From: an uncultured Lachnoanaerobaculum sp.
Lineage (GTDB): Bacteria; Bacillota; Clostridia; Lachnospirales; Lachnospiraceae
DNA: 40,379 bases
NCBI GenBank assembly: GCA_963518365.1
Contig: CAUQKD010000001.1
Location: 1-40,379, forward strand
Direction: 5' to 3'
Numbering within the stretch: the stretch's first letter is position 1; each line of letters begins with the position of its first letter. The notes beneath the pieces are model-generated. The model was not told the DNA's origin. It saw only the letters and a program-made list of their open reading frames with translations, and searched no databases. Both the position numbers and the translations under genes were made by a program. Positions 26,328 through 34,388 of the stretch are shown one piece after another.

Positions 26328-27986
26328 ATGAGAAAGCAAACAAAGATTGCTGCATTAATTTCAGCAGCAGCAGTTCTTTCAGTAGGCGGAGCTATGACAG
26401 CATTTGCCGCTACAGGCTGGCAACAGGAGAACGGTACATGGGTATATTATAACAGAAACGAAGAGAAGGTAACAGAGCAGTGGCAGAAGTCAGGTGATTA
26501 CTGGTACTATCTTGATGACAAAGGGGAGATGGCTGTTGATTCACTTATCGACGACAACGGTGATACATACTACGTTGATGTAAACGGTGTTATGGTTACA
26601 AATCGTTGGGTAGCAGTTGACAATGAGAACGCAGGCGACGAGAACGAGCCAAATCAGTGGTGGTATTACTTCGGAGCTAACGGTAAGGCTTACAAGAGAA
26701 GTGATTCATCTACAGGTGACGTTTCACTCAAGACTATCAACGGTAAGAAGTACACATTCAATACTGACGGTAAGATGCAGTACGGTTGGGTAAAAGACGG
26801 CGAGACTCAGTACGATGATAATGCTTGGCAGGATTCTCAGTACTACTTCGGTGATGAGAACGACGGTGCTATGGCTGAAGGCTGGAAAGAGATTGCTGTA
26901 AAAGATGATCAGTCAACAGATGCTCAGCCTGGTGACAACTACTGGGATGAGGATCAGACAAGATGGTTCTACTTCAAGGCTTCAGGTAAGAAGGAGAAGG
27001 ATCAGACAGGTAAGACAATCAACGGAAGAAAGTACGGCTTCGATGAGTACGGTCGTATGAACGCAGGTTGGGTAACAAAGGCTACAACATCTAATGCATC
27101 TGTTAAGGATGGCGGTACACAGGGTATTGCAACATACTCAAACACATTCATGAACTACTCAACACCTGAGGACGGTGCCAGATATACAAAGGGTTGGTTT
27201 AAGGTAACTCCTGGATACTATCTCCAGAAGGATAAGTATGAGGACGGTACTGACTATTGGTATTACTCAGACGGTAACGGAAAGCTTGTTACAAACCAGA
27301 TTAAGACTATCAACGGTAAGAAGTATGCATTCGATAACTATGGTAGAATGATTGACGGTTTCGTAGTACTTAAGATGCAGGGTAACGCTTCCGGTGCAGG
27401 TTACAGCTCAAAGGATATCGTTGAGAAGCTTGACGATGAGAACAGATATGATACAGAGGATCGCTATGATGCATTTGTAAAGGCTAATGACAGCTCATTC
27501 AAGTCAGGAGAACTTAGAGCATACTACTTCGGTAGCAGCGATGACGGTTCTATGAAGACAGGTAAGCAGAACGTTGATATCGACGGCGAGAAGCTTACAT
27601 TCGAGTTTGAGAAGAACGGTTCTAAGAAGGGTGTAGGTATTGTTGGTATGAGTGACCACAAGTTCTATATCGGTGGTAAGCTTGCTACAGCTGACAGTGA
27701 TAACAAGATAGAGATTGTTGTACTTGACAGAAATAATCAGCTTGTTTCAAAGCAGAGCGTAGCAGATGCTCTTGCTGCATACAGCACAAGATCTAAACAG
27801 CATAAAAAGTCAAACGGTGACGTAGAGTACACAGAGTACGAGCTCAACAACCTTCCTACAGGAGCTAAGGCATATGTTGTTAACACAACAGGTGCTATGG
27901 TTAAGAGCGGTACAAAGAAGGATGGAGAAGATTACAAGGTTAAGACATCTAACTACACAGTAGATTGGGTTCGTCTTGATGAATAA
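26328..27986 (+). CDS. Secreted cell-wall-binding-repeat (choline-binding-type) surface protein
   Basis: Signal peptide (AMTAFA); many W/YYYF-x-G-M repeats; three KTING(K/R)KYxF repeats; no catalytic motif seen; AAGGAG RBS. Confidence 0.9.
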   Translation: MRKQTKIAALISAAAVLSVGGAMTAFAATGWQQENGTWVYYNRNEEKVTEQWQKSGDYWYYLDDKGEMAVDSLIDDNGDTYYVDVNGVMVTNRWVAVDNENAGDENEPNQWWYYFGANGKAYKRSDSSTGDVSLKTINGKKYTFNTDGKMQYGWVKDGETQYDDNAWQDSQYYFGDENDGAMAEGWKEIAVKDDQSTDAQPGDNYWDEDQTRWFYFKASGKKEKDQTGKTINGRKYGFDEYGRMNAGWVTKATTSNASVKDGGTQGIATYSNTFMNYSTPEDGARYTKGWFKVTPGYYLQKDKYEDGTDYWYYSDGNGKLVTNQIKTINGKKYAFDNYGRMIDGFVVLKMQGNASGAGYSSKDIVEKLDDENRYDTEDRYDAFVKANDSSFKSGELRAYYFGSSDDGSMKTGKQNVDIDGEKLTFEFEKNGSKKGVGIVGMSDHKFYIGGKLATADSDNKIEIVVLDRNNQLVSKQSVADALAAYSTRSKQHKKSNGDVEYTEYELNNLPTGAKAYVVNTTGAMVKSGTKKDGEDYKVKTSNYTVDWVRLDE

Positions 27987-28063
27987 TCTCAGGTAATTTT
28001 ATAGGTTTTATAGGCTTGAGGTGGAGCGTGGCGAAGCCTCATGGCATCTGATAAATCTAATGC

Positions 28064-28103
28064 GAGAGGGATACTTTCCTATGGGAGGGTGTCTCTCTTT
28101 TTT
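28064..28103 (+). terminator. Intrinsic terminator
   Basis: GAGGGATACTTTCC/GGAGGGTGTCTCTC stem (with G-U pairs) plus T6. Confidence 0.8.
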
Positions 28104-28195
28104 GTACAGGGGTTAATGGGTATATGTAAGAAGTATTGTGAGTATTTTTGATTATGTATATTTTCAAAAACAAGAATAATTCTTATTATTAGTAC

Positions 28196-28224
28196 TTGAC
28201 ATTTTCTTAGATATGGTACATAAT
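28196..28224 (+). promoter_or_regulatory. SigA promoter of mscL-dfx-rubredoxin
   Basis: TTGACA-17 bp-CATAAT. Confidence 0.75.
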
Positions 28225-28309
28225 AATAGCACATTGAGGTTGTGCAAAATTAAATTAGTCGTTTGATTTATATTAAGCTCATGCATGACCGAAGAATATA
28301 GGAGGACAA

Positions 28310-28705
28310 ATGTTAAAAGATTTTAAAGAGTTTGCTTTTAAGGGCAATGTTTTGGACATGGCGATAGGTGTTATCATAGGTGCGGCTTTCGGTAAGATAG
28401 TTACATCTTTGGTAAATGATTTGATTATGCCTATCATATCTATTCTGACAGGCGGTATCAACTTCACAAATTTGAAGTTCGTTATCACTCCTGCACATGG
28501 AGATGTTGCCGAGAATGCTGTAGCATACGGCTCATTTATCCAAAATGTAGTTGATTTCCTCATCATCGCATTCTGTATATTCTTATTCGTAAGGCTTATA
28601 GAGAAGTTTAAGAAGAAAGAGGAAGTGAAGGTAGAGGCTCCTAAAAAGGCAGATGATGTTGTTCTTCTTGAGGAAATAAGAGATTTGTTAAAGGCAAAGA
28701 AATAA
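28310..28705 (+). CDS. mscL: Large-conductance mechanosensitive channel
   Basis: FKEFAFKGNVLDMAIGVIIGAAFGKIVTSLV; LLEEIRDLL. Confidence 0.98.
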   Translation: MLKDFKEFAFKGNVLDMAIGVIIGAAFGKIVTSLVNDLIMPIISILTGGINFTNLKFVITPAHGDVAENAVAYGSFIQNVVDFLIIAFCIFLFVRLIEKFKKKEEVKVEAPKKADDVVLLEEIRDLLKAKK

Positions 28706-28714
28706 GGAGGAAAT

Positions 28715-29086
28715 ATGTTTTATCGTTGTGCACACTGTGGAAAGATTGTTTCGGTAGTAGTTAACGGTGGCGGTACACTTACTTGCTGCGGTGATGAGAT
28801 GCAGCTTTTAAAGGCCAATACAACTGATGCGGCTAAGGAGAAGCACGTACCGGCAGTTACTGTTGAAGGAAATAAGGTTGTTGTTAATGTAGGTAGTGTA
28901 GATCACCCTATGACACCTGAGCATTATATTCAGTTTATCATGATTGAGACAAATCTTGGTAAGCAGTATAAGGGACTTACACCTGAGGATAAGCCACATG
29001 CTGAGTTTGTTTTACAGGACGGTGAGAAATTAGTGGCAGCTTATGAGTATTGTAATTTACATGGTTTATGGAAGGCAGAGGTGTAA
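28715..29086 (+). CDS. dfx: Desulfoferrodoxin (class I superoxide reductase)
   Basis: CAHC...CC desulforedoxin site; EKHVP, HPM, EHYI and CNLHGLW ligands. Confidence 0.95.
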   Translation: MFYRCAHCGKIVSVVVNGGGTLTCCGDEMQLLKANTTDAAKEKHVPAVTVEGNKVVVNVGSVDHPMTPEHYIQFIMIETNLGKQYKGLTPEDKPHAEFVLQDGEKLVAAYEYCNLHGLWKAEV

Positions 29087-29088
29087 TT

Positions 29089-29247
29089 ATGAAATATGTA
29101 TGTGACGTTTGCGGATGGGAATATGACGAGACAGTAGGAGATCCTGATAACGGAATAGCTCCGGGAACAAAGTGGGAAGATCTCCCGGATGATTTTGTAT
29201 GTCCTCTCTGCGGAGTAGGTAAGGATGAGTTTTCTAAGGAAGGCTGA
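29089..29247 (+). CDS. Rubredoxin (52 aa; absent from the ORF track)
   Basis: [61 protein letters not shown]. Confidence 0.97.
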   Translation: MKYVCDVCGWEYDETVGDPDNGIAPGTKWEDLPDDFVCPLCGVGKDEFSKEG

Positions 29248-29264
29248 TTGATATAATGATTTTT

Positions 29265-29288
29265 AAGAGCCCTGAGGGGCTCTTTTTA
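29265..29288 (+). terminator. Intrinsic terminator
   Basis: AAGAGCCC/GGGCTCTT stem plus T-tract. Confidence 0.85.
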
Positions 29289-29344
29289 TTATATTTGTGT
29301 GCGTTAACTATATATGCTATACTTGAATCTAAGCAGGTAAAGCA

Positions 29345-29557
29345 ATGAGGATGATGATGGAAAACATTTATAATGATATAATCTTTAAGTCTCCTCCGAC
29401 TCTCAAGGTGCCGCTGTCAAGGAGTGAGAGAGCCGCACAGTATCTGGCATTTGAGGCGGTGCTTAGCGGCAGCAAGCTTTTGGAGATGGCAGAGGAGATT
29501 TGGCTTAGGGAGTATGCTCCTGAGGACTACCAAAGAGAAGTGAAAAAGAACAGGTAA
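29345..29557 (+). CDS. Small protein resembling the N-terminus of YolD-like proteins
   Basis: YNDII...LSRSERAAQYLAFEAV resembles the recalled YolD-like YDDII...MSxxxRAAQFxPFAAL; start may be 29357. Confidence 0.55.
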   Translation: MRMMMENIYNDIIFKSPPTLKVPLSRSERAAQYLAFEAVLSGSKLLEMAEEIWLREYAPEDYQREVKKNR

Positions 29558-29561
29558 TACT

Positions 29562-29732
29562 ATGATTTGCGATTTTTGCATAAATTATATATATGACGAA
29601 GATGAGGAAGGTTATATATGTGATGTGGATATGGATGAGGACGACTACATCAGGATGAGGAGCAGCGAATACACCACCTGCCCGTATTATAGGAATAATG
29701 ACGACTACTTGATAGTAAGGAAACAGATTTGA
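29562..29732 (+). CDS. Small acidic 4-Cys protein (DUF6472-like; absent from the ORF track)
   Basis: MICDFCINYIYDEDEEGYICDVDMDEDDYIRMRSSEYTTCPYYRNNDDYLIVRKQI; TGATG overlap with the next gene. Confidence 0.8.
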   Translation: MICDFCINYIYDEDEEGYICDVDMDEDDYIRMRSSEYTTCPYYRNNDDYLIVRKQI

Positions 29733-30880
29733 TGGAAATTGTTATAGAGAAGCTGCTTGAAAAGCCGGATGTGACAGTGATTGACATAAGACCTGAGCAT
29801 GAGTTTGTAAGAGGCAATATACCGAACTCTGTCAATATAGCCGAAGATGAATTGCTAAAAAGGATTGAGGAGTTTGATAAAAGTGATGAAATATGTCTGG
29901 TCTGTGCTACAGGTAATAAGACAGAATATCTGAGCGAAGAACTTGAGAGTTTGGGCTATGAGAATGTATACAATCTAAAAGGCGGCTATGAAGCCTATAT
30001 GAAGCTTAAGCTGAACGAGTTTTTAAAAAATGAGAGTGAAAGCCGTAAGGAAGATAATAAAGCTAGGGATATTGAAAGAAGCATAATAAAGAAGTTTCGA
30101 AAGAGCATCTGGAGAAAGTTCACTGCGGCAATCAATGAGTATGAGCTGATAAAAGACGGCGACAAGATTGCGGTTTGTATATCGGGCGGCAAGGACTCCA
30201 TGCTTATGGCAAAGCTTTTTCAGGAGTTGCTTCGTCACGGCAAGAAAAACTTCGAGCTTGTATTTTTGGTAATGAATCCGGGATATGACGATATCAATTA
30301 TCAGACAATACTTGACAATGCAAAGCTTTTGGATGTACCTATAACGGTGTTTGAATCTTCGATATATGATATTGTGGCGGAGGATGAGAAGTCTCCATGT
30401 TATCTGTGTGCAAGGATGAGAAGAGGACATCTCTATGCAAAGGCTAAGGCACTCGGTTGCAACAAGATTGCACTGGGGCATCATTTTGACGATGTTATAG
30501 AGACTATTGTGATGGGTATGTTATACGGTGCTCAGATACAGACAATGATGCCCAAGCTCCATTCCACCAATTTTGAGGGAATGGAACTTATCAGACCGCT
30601 CTATCTGATAAGGGAAGACGATATAATACATTGGGCAAAGTATAATGAACTGAATTTTATCAGATGTGCATGCAGGCTTACAGATAACTGCTCGATATCT
30701 GAGACCGGAGACAAGGGCTCTATGAGGGCCGAGGTAAAGAAACTTATAAGGGAGTTGGCTGCAAAGAATCCGTATATTGAGAAGAATATTTTCAGAAGTG
30801 TGGAGAATGTCAGCCTGGATACAGTGATAGCTTATAAGAAGAACGGCATTAAGCATTCATTCTTGGAAAGCTATGATTAA
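29732..30880 (+). CDS. Rhodanese + TtcA-family tRNA thiolase (PP-loop ATPase) fusion
   Basis: IDIRPEHEF..GNIPNSVNI, VCATGNKT and YNLKGGY (rhodanese); SGGKDS, SPCYLCARMRRG, GHHFDD, LIRPL and CAC (TtcA). Confidence 0.9.
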   Translation: MEIVIEKLLEKPDVTVIDIRPEHEFVRGNIPNSVNIAEDELLKRIEEFDKSDEICLVCATGNKTEYLSEELESLGYENVYNLKGGYEAYMKLKLNEFLKNESESRKEDNKARDIERSIIKKFRKSIWRKFTAAINEYELIKDGDKIAVCISGGKDSMLMAKLFQELLRHGKKNFELVFLVMNPGYDDINYQTILDNAKLLDVPITVFESSIYDIVAEDEKSPCYLCARMRRGHLYAKAKALGCNKIALGHHFDDVIETIVMGMLYGAQIQTMMPKLHSTNFEGMELIRPLYLIREDDIIHWAKYNELNFIRCACRLTDNCSISETGDKGSMRAEVKKLIRELAAKNPYIEKNIFRSVENVSLDTVIAYKKNGIKHSFLESYD

Positions 30881-30892
30881 GAGGAATTTTGT

Positions 30893-32044
30893 ATGAGTGA
30901 AGAAACTTTGAATATTATGGTGGCTACAGATCTTCACTATCTTTCAAAGAGTATCAATGACGGTGGAGAGGCCTTTTGCAATGTGATGTCTAAGGGCGAC
31001 GGCAAGGTGATGACATATATCGAAGAGATTGTGGATGCGTTTGTGCTTGAAGTTATAAAAAGAAAGCCGGATGCTCTGCTTTTGCTTGGAGATTTGACTT
31101 TCAACAGTGAAAGAATAAGTCATATAGAACTGGCTGCAAAGCTTGATAATATAGTTGGGGCAGGAGTGCCTGTGTATCTGATACCCGGTAATCACGATAT
31201 AAATCATGAAAGATGTATGGGATTTCGCGGCAGTGAGGTCTATAAGGTGGATAGCGTATCCGCTAATGAGTTTCAAGAGATTTATCATAACTGCGGATAC
31301 TCTGTGGCGGAGTATTTTGATAAGTCTTCTGCAAGCTATGTGGCAAAGCTTTCTAAGAGTCTCTATGTTATAATGCTTGATACAAACTCATACAGTCAAA
31401 ATTATTTAGGTGAAGAAGCGCTTATTTGGCTTGAGAATGTATTAAAGGAGATATCAAAGCCTGATGTAGATATACTGGGAGTCAGCCACCAAAATCTTTT
31501 GGAGCATAATTTTATGTTTACGGAAGGTTTTATGATAAAGAATGCGCAAAGGATAGAAGAGATTTACAAGAAGTACAATGTAAAATTGAACTTAAGCGGT
31601 CATATGCATATACAACATATTGAAGACAGGGGTGTGGCGGAAATAGTTACATCCTCACTGGCGGTCGCGCCGAATCACTTTGCAAATATTTTATACGACG
31701 GTAAGAGTTTTAAATATTTGACACAGTCTTTGGAAGTTGAAGCGGTAGACGGTTTTAAAAGTATCAGTAGGCATGAGTTTGACGGTGTCGGAGAAAGGCA
31801 GCTTGTAAGGCTGTTTAAGACACATGGGTTTGAGGATATCAGTGAGTCGGATATTGAAAAAATGGGTAAGGCCTTTGTAAGAATGAATGAGAAATATTTT
31901 GCAGGTGAGATTTTTGATGTTGACGAATTTGAAGAAGGAATAAAGCTTTGGGAAGAGCAGCCTGAGAGCTTTACTTCAGTCTATATAAAGAGTATATTGG
32001 AATCTGTATGCAAAAATCAGAATATATTTGAAGTGAGATTATAG
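30893..32044 (+). CDS. Calcineurin-like metallophosphoesterase
   Basis: TDLH, GDLT, PGNHD, SHQ and SGHMH motifs. Confidence 0.9.
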   Translation: MSEETLNIMVATDLHYLSKSINDGGEAFCNVMSKGDGKVMTYIEEIVDAFVLEVIKRKPDALLLLGDLTFNSERISHIELAAKLDNIVGAGVPVYLIPGNHDINHERCMGFRGSEVYKVDSVSANEFQEIYHNCGYSVAEYFDKSSASYVAKLSKSLYVIMLDTNSYSQNYLGEEALIWLENVLKEISKPDVDILGVSHQNLLEHNFMFTEGFMIKNAQRIEEIYKKYNVKLNLSGHMHIQHIEDRGVAEIVTSSLAVAPNHFANILYDGKSFKYLTQSLEVEAVDGFKSISRHEFDGVGERQLVRLFKTHGFEDISESDIEKMGKAFVRMNEKYFAGEIFDVDEFEEGIKLWEEQPESFTSVYIKSILESVCKNQNIFEVRL

Positions 32045-32054
32045 AAAGGGAAAT

Positions 32055-33281
32055 ATGGAGAAATTTTTAGATAGATTTTTAGGTTATGTTAAGAAGAATA
32101 CAAGATCGGACGATACCAAGGCGGGGGTAGTGATTCCGTCCACAGCTTCACAGATGGAGTTTTTAAAAGATCTTAGCGAGGAGTTAAAGGAGATAGGCCT
32201 TGTAGACGTGAAGATAAATGAAAAGAACGCATTCCTCACTGCGACTCTTCCCGCCAATGTGGAAAATGCTCCTGTAATAGGATTTATTGCACATGTGGAT
32301 ACTGCCGACTTTAATGCGGAGAATATTTCACCGCAAATTCATGAAAATTATGACGGTAATGATATTGTACTTGGAGACAGCGGATTTGTACTCTCACCAA
32401 AGGAGTTTGTGAATCTGAGAAACTATATCGGACAGACTCTTATCACTACTGACGGCACTACACTGCTCGGTGCGGACGATAAGGCCGGTGTATGTGAGAT
32501 TGTGTCCGCCATGGAGTATCTTATAAACAATCCGCAGATAAAGCACGGTAAGATACGTGTGGCTTTCGGATGTGACGAGGAAATCGGTGTAGGTGCCGAT
32601 CACTTTGATGTAAAAGATTTCGGCTGTGACTTTGCCTATACCATGGACGGCAGCGCGGTAGGTGAGCTTCAGTTTGAGTGCTTTAATGCCGCCGAAGCTA
32701 AGATTGATATACTCGGTAAGAGTGTACATCCGGGAGATGCAAAGAATAAGATGATAAATGCTCTTACAATCTCAAGAGAGATACAAAATGCAATGCCTCT
32801 TGTATGTGTGCCTGAAAAAACTGAAAACAGAGAGGGCTTTATACATTTGATAGAGGCTCACGGAAATGTGGAAAATGCAAGTCTGACATATATTATCAGA
32901 GACCATGACAAGACTCTTTTTGAGAATAAAAAGTATATTGTGAAGAAGGTCTGTGAGGATATCAATGAGAGATATGATATAGAAAGAGTGAAGCTTTCCA
33001 TGCATGATGAGTACTACAATATGGTGGATATCATAAAGAAGGACACAAGAAGCGTGGATATTGCAACAAAGGCTATGGAAGTCTTAGGAATAGAGATGAA
33101 CAAGGCGCCTATCAGAGGCGGAACGGACGGTTCCAAGATATCATTTATGGGACTGCCGACTCCGAATATCTTTGCAGGCGGTGAAAACTTCCACGGCAGA
33201 TTTGAGTTTGTCAGTGTGGAGTCCATAAAGAAGGCTATTGATGTGATTGTTGAGATAGTAAAGATAGCGGCAGAGAAATAA
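32055..33281 (+). CDS. pepT: Peptidase T (tripeptide aminopeptidase)
   Basis: GFIAHVDT, TLLGADDKAG, DEEIG, IRGGTDG, NFHGRFEF. Confidence 0.97.
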   Translation: MEKFLDRFLGYVKKNTRSDDTKAGVVIPSTASQMEFLKDLSEELKEIGLVDVKINEKNAFLTATLPANVENAPVIGFIAHVDTADFNAENISPQIHENYDGNDIVLGDSGFVLSPKEFVNLRNYIGQTLITTDGTTLLGADDKAGVCEIVSAMEYLINNPQIKHGKIRVAFGCDEEIGVGADHFDVKDFGCDFAYTMDGSAVGELQFECFNAAEAKIDILGKSVHPGDAKNKMINALTISREIQNAMPLVCVPEKTENREGFIHLIEAHGNVENASLTYIIRDHDKTLFENKKYIVKKVCEDINERYDIERVKLSMHDEYYNMVDIIKKDTRSVDIATKAMEVLGIEMNKAPIRGGTDGSKISFMGLPTPNIFAGGENFHGRFEFVSVESIKKAIDVIVEIVKIAAEK

Positions 33282-33290
33282 TATATTTAT

Positions 33291-33338
33291 AAAAAAGGTT
33301 TTACCGGATACAATGAATGTAAGGTAAAACCTTTTTTT
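33291..33338. terminator. Bidirectional terminator
   Basis: AAAAAAGGTTTTACC...GGTAAAACCTTTTTT. Confidence 0.8.
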
Positions 33339-33757
33339 TAGATGATAAAGTCGTTTCCGGGATCTTCCACTATCAAATCCGCTATGGATATACTGTCAAA
33401 GAAGTTGTTGATCATCTTTGAGAGTCTGCTCCACATATCTATAGTACGATATTCGCTGGTGCGATACATACTGTCGGTATCTTCTTCATCAATCATTATA
33501 TTTTCTTCTGCAATTCTAAGTACCTCACCTACCGTGATGTCGCTTGGTCTCTTGGTCAGTTTATAGCCGCCGCCCTTGCCCCTTAAGCCTACAAGCAGTT
33601 TGTTTTTTACAAGTAGTTTTATAATGCTTTCAAGGTACTTTTCCGATATATCCTGTCTCTTGGCGATATCACGAAGCGGTATAAAATCATCCGACTGATT
33701 CTCAGTCAAATCAATCATTACAAGCAGTGAGTATCGTCCCTTTGTTGAAATCTTCAT
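33338..33757 (-). CDS. Rrf2-family regulator without cysteines (CymR-like)
   Basis: MKISTKGRY, IAKRQDISEKYLE, RGKGGGYKL, ITVGEVLR; no Cys ligands. Confidence 0.9.
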   Translation of the reverse strand: MKISTKGRYSLLVMIDLTENQSDDFIPLRDIAKRQDISEKYLESIIKLLVKNKLLVGLRGKGGGYKLTKRPSDITVGEVLRIAEENIMIDEEDTDSMYRTSEYRTIDMWSRLSKMINNFFDSISIADLIVEDPGNDFII

Positions 33758-33778
33758 ATTATTACCTACCTTTATTTA

Positions 33779-33814
33779 TAATCCTATTATACAGGTAGGT
33801 AATAGGCAAATCAA
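33779..33814 (-). promoter_or_regulatory. Rrf2 promoter with an overlapping CymR-box-like site
   Basis: TTGATT-17 bp-TATAAT on minus; plus-strand TAATCCTAT-N7-GTAGGTAAT spans the -10. Confidence 0.6.
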
Positions 33815-33853
33815 GCAAATAATAAAACATATGTAAAAAATATGCTTTATATA

Positions 33854-34129
33854 CTATCCTAAATAGATATCTTTATACTCATCCTTGTTTTTATCAAACC
33901 ACTTTACGGCGTATGAACAGCTTGCCTTTATCTTTTTATTGTGAGTTTTGGCATAGCTTATTACTTCAAGCATAAGCCTGGCGGCTATTCCGCATCCTCT
34001 GAGGCTGTCATCCACAAAGGTGTGGTCTATAATTATTGTATTGTCATCTAAGTTAGGGAATGTGACCTCGGCAACCATCTTACCCGCATCATCATTCATA
34101 TAAATTCTACCGTCTGTTATATTAAACAT
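33854..34129 (-). CDS. Small GNAT-like protein (YjdJ-like)
   Basis: IDHTFVDDSLRGCGIA; ASCSYA. Confidence 0.88.
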   Translation of the reverse strand: MFNITDGRIYMNDDAGKMVAEVTFPNLDDNTIIIDHTFVDDSLRGCGIAARLMLEVISYAKTHNKKIKASCSYAVKWFDKNKDEYKDIYLG

Positions 34130-34215
34130 AGTACCTCCAATCTTTTTATAAGAGTAGCATTTTAAGAAGAAAAGTCAAGGTGTCAAATTTTGTATATTTG
34201 AGATTTTTACATATA

Positions 34216-34244
34216 TTGACAGCTATATATCTTTATGCTAATAT
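34216..34244 (+). promoter_or_regulatory. Promoter of tRNA-Thr
   Basis: TTGACA-17 bp-TAATAT with TG extension. Confidence 0.7.
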
Positions 34245-34253
34245 TACATAGAT

Positions 34254-34326
34254 GCTGCTGTGGCACAGGTGGTAGCGCACCTCATTGGTAGTGAGGAGGT
34301 CACGGGTCCGAGTCCCGTCAGCAGCT
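34254..34326 (+). tRNA. tRNA-Thr(GGT)
   Basis: GCTGCTG/CAGCAGC acceptor stem; CCTCA-TT-GGT-AG-TGAGG anticodon arm; ACGGG-TCCGAGT-CCCGT T arm. Confidence 0.93.
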
Positions 34327-34334
34327 TTAAGTTT

Positions 34335-34361
34335 AACCCTTGATTTTACAAGGTTTTTTTT
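34335..34361 (+). terminator. Terminator after tRNA-Thr
   Basis: CCTTG/CAAGG stem plus T8. Confidence 0.6.
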
Positions 34362-34388
34362 ATTTGTGTGATATTTCGTGTTAAAAGC

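Noticed and set aside
27990..28063. GC-richer 3' segment with TGAGG/CCTCA pairing as an ncRNA
   Set aside because: Only a 5-bp stem and no family signature; most simply a 3' UTR
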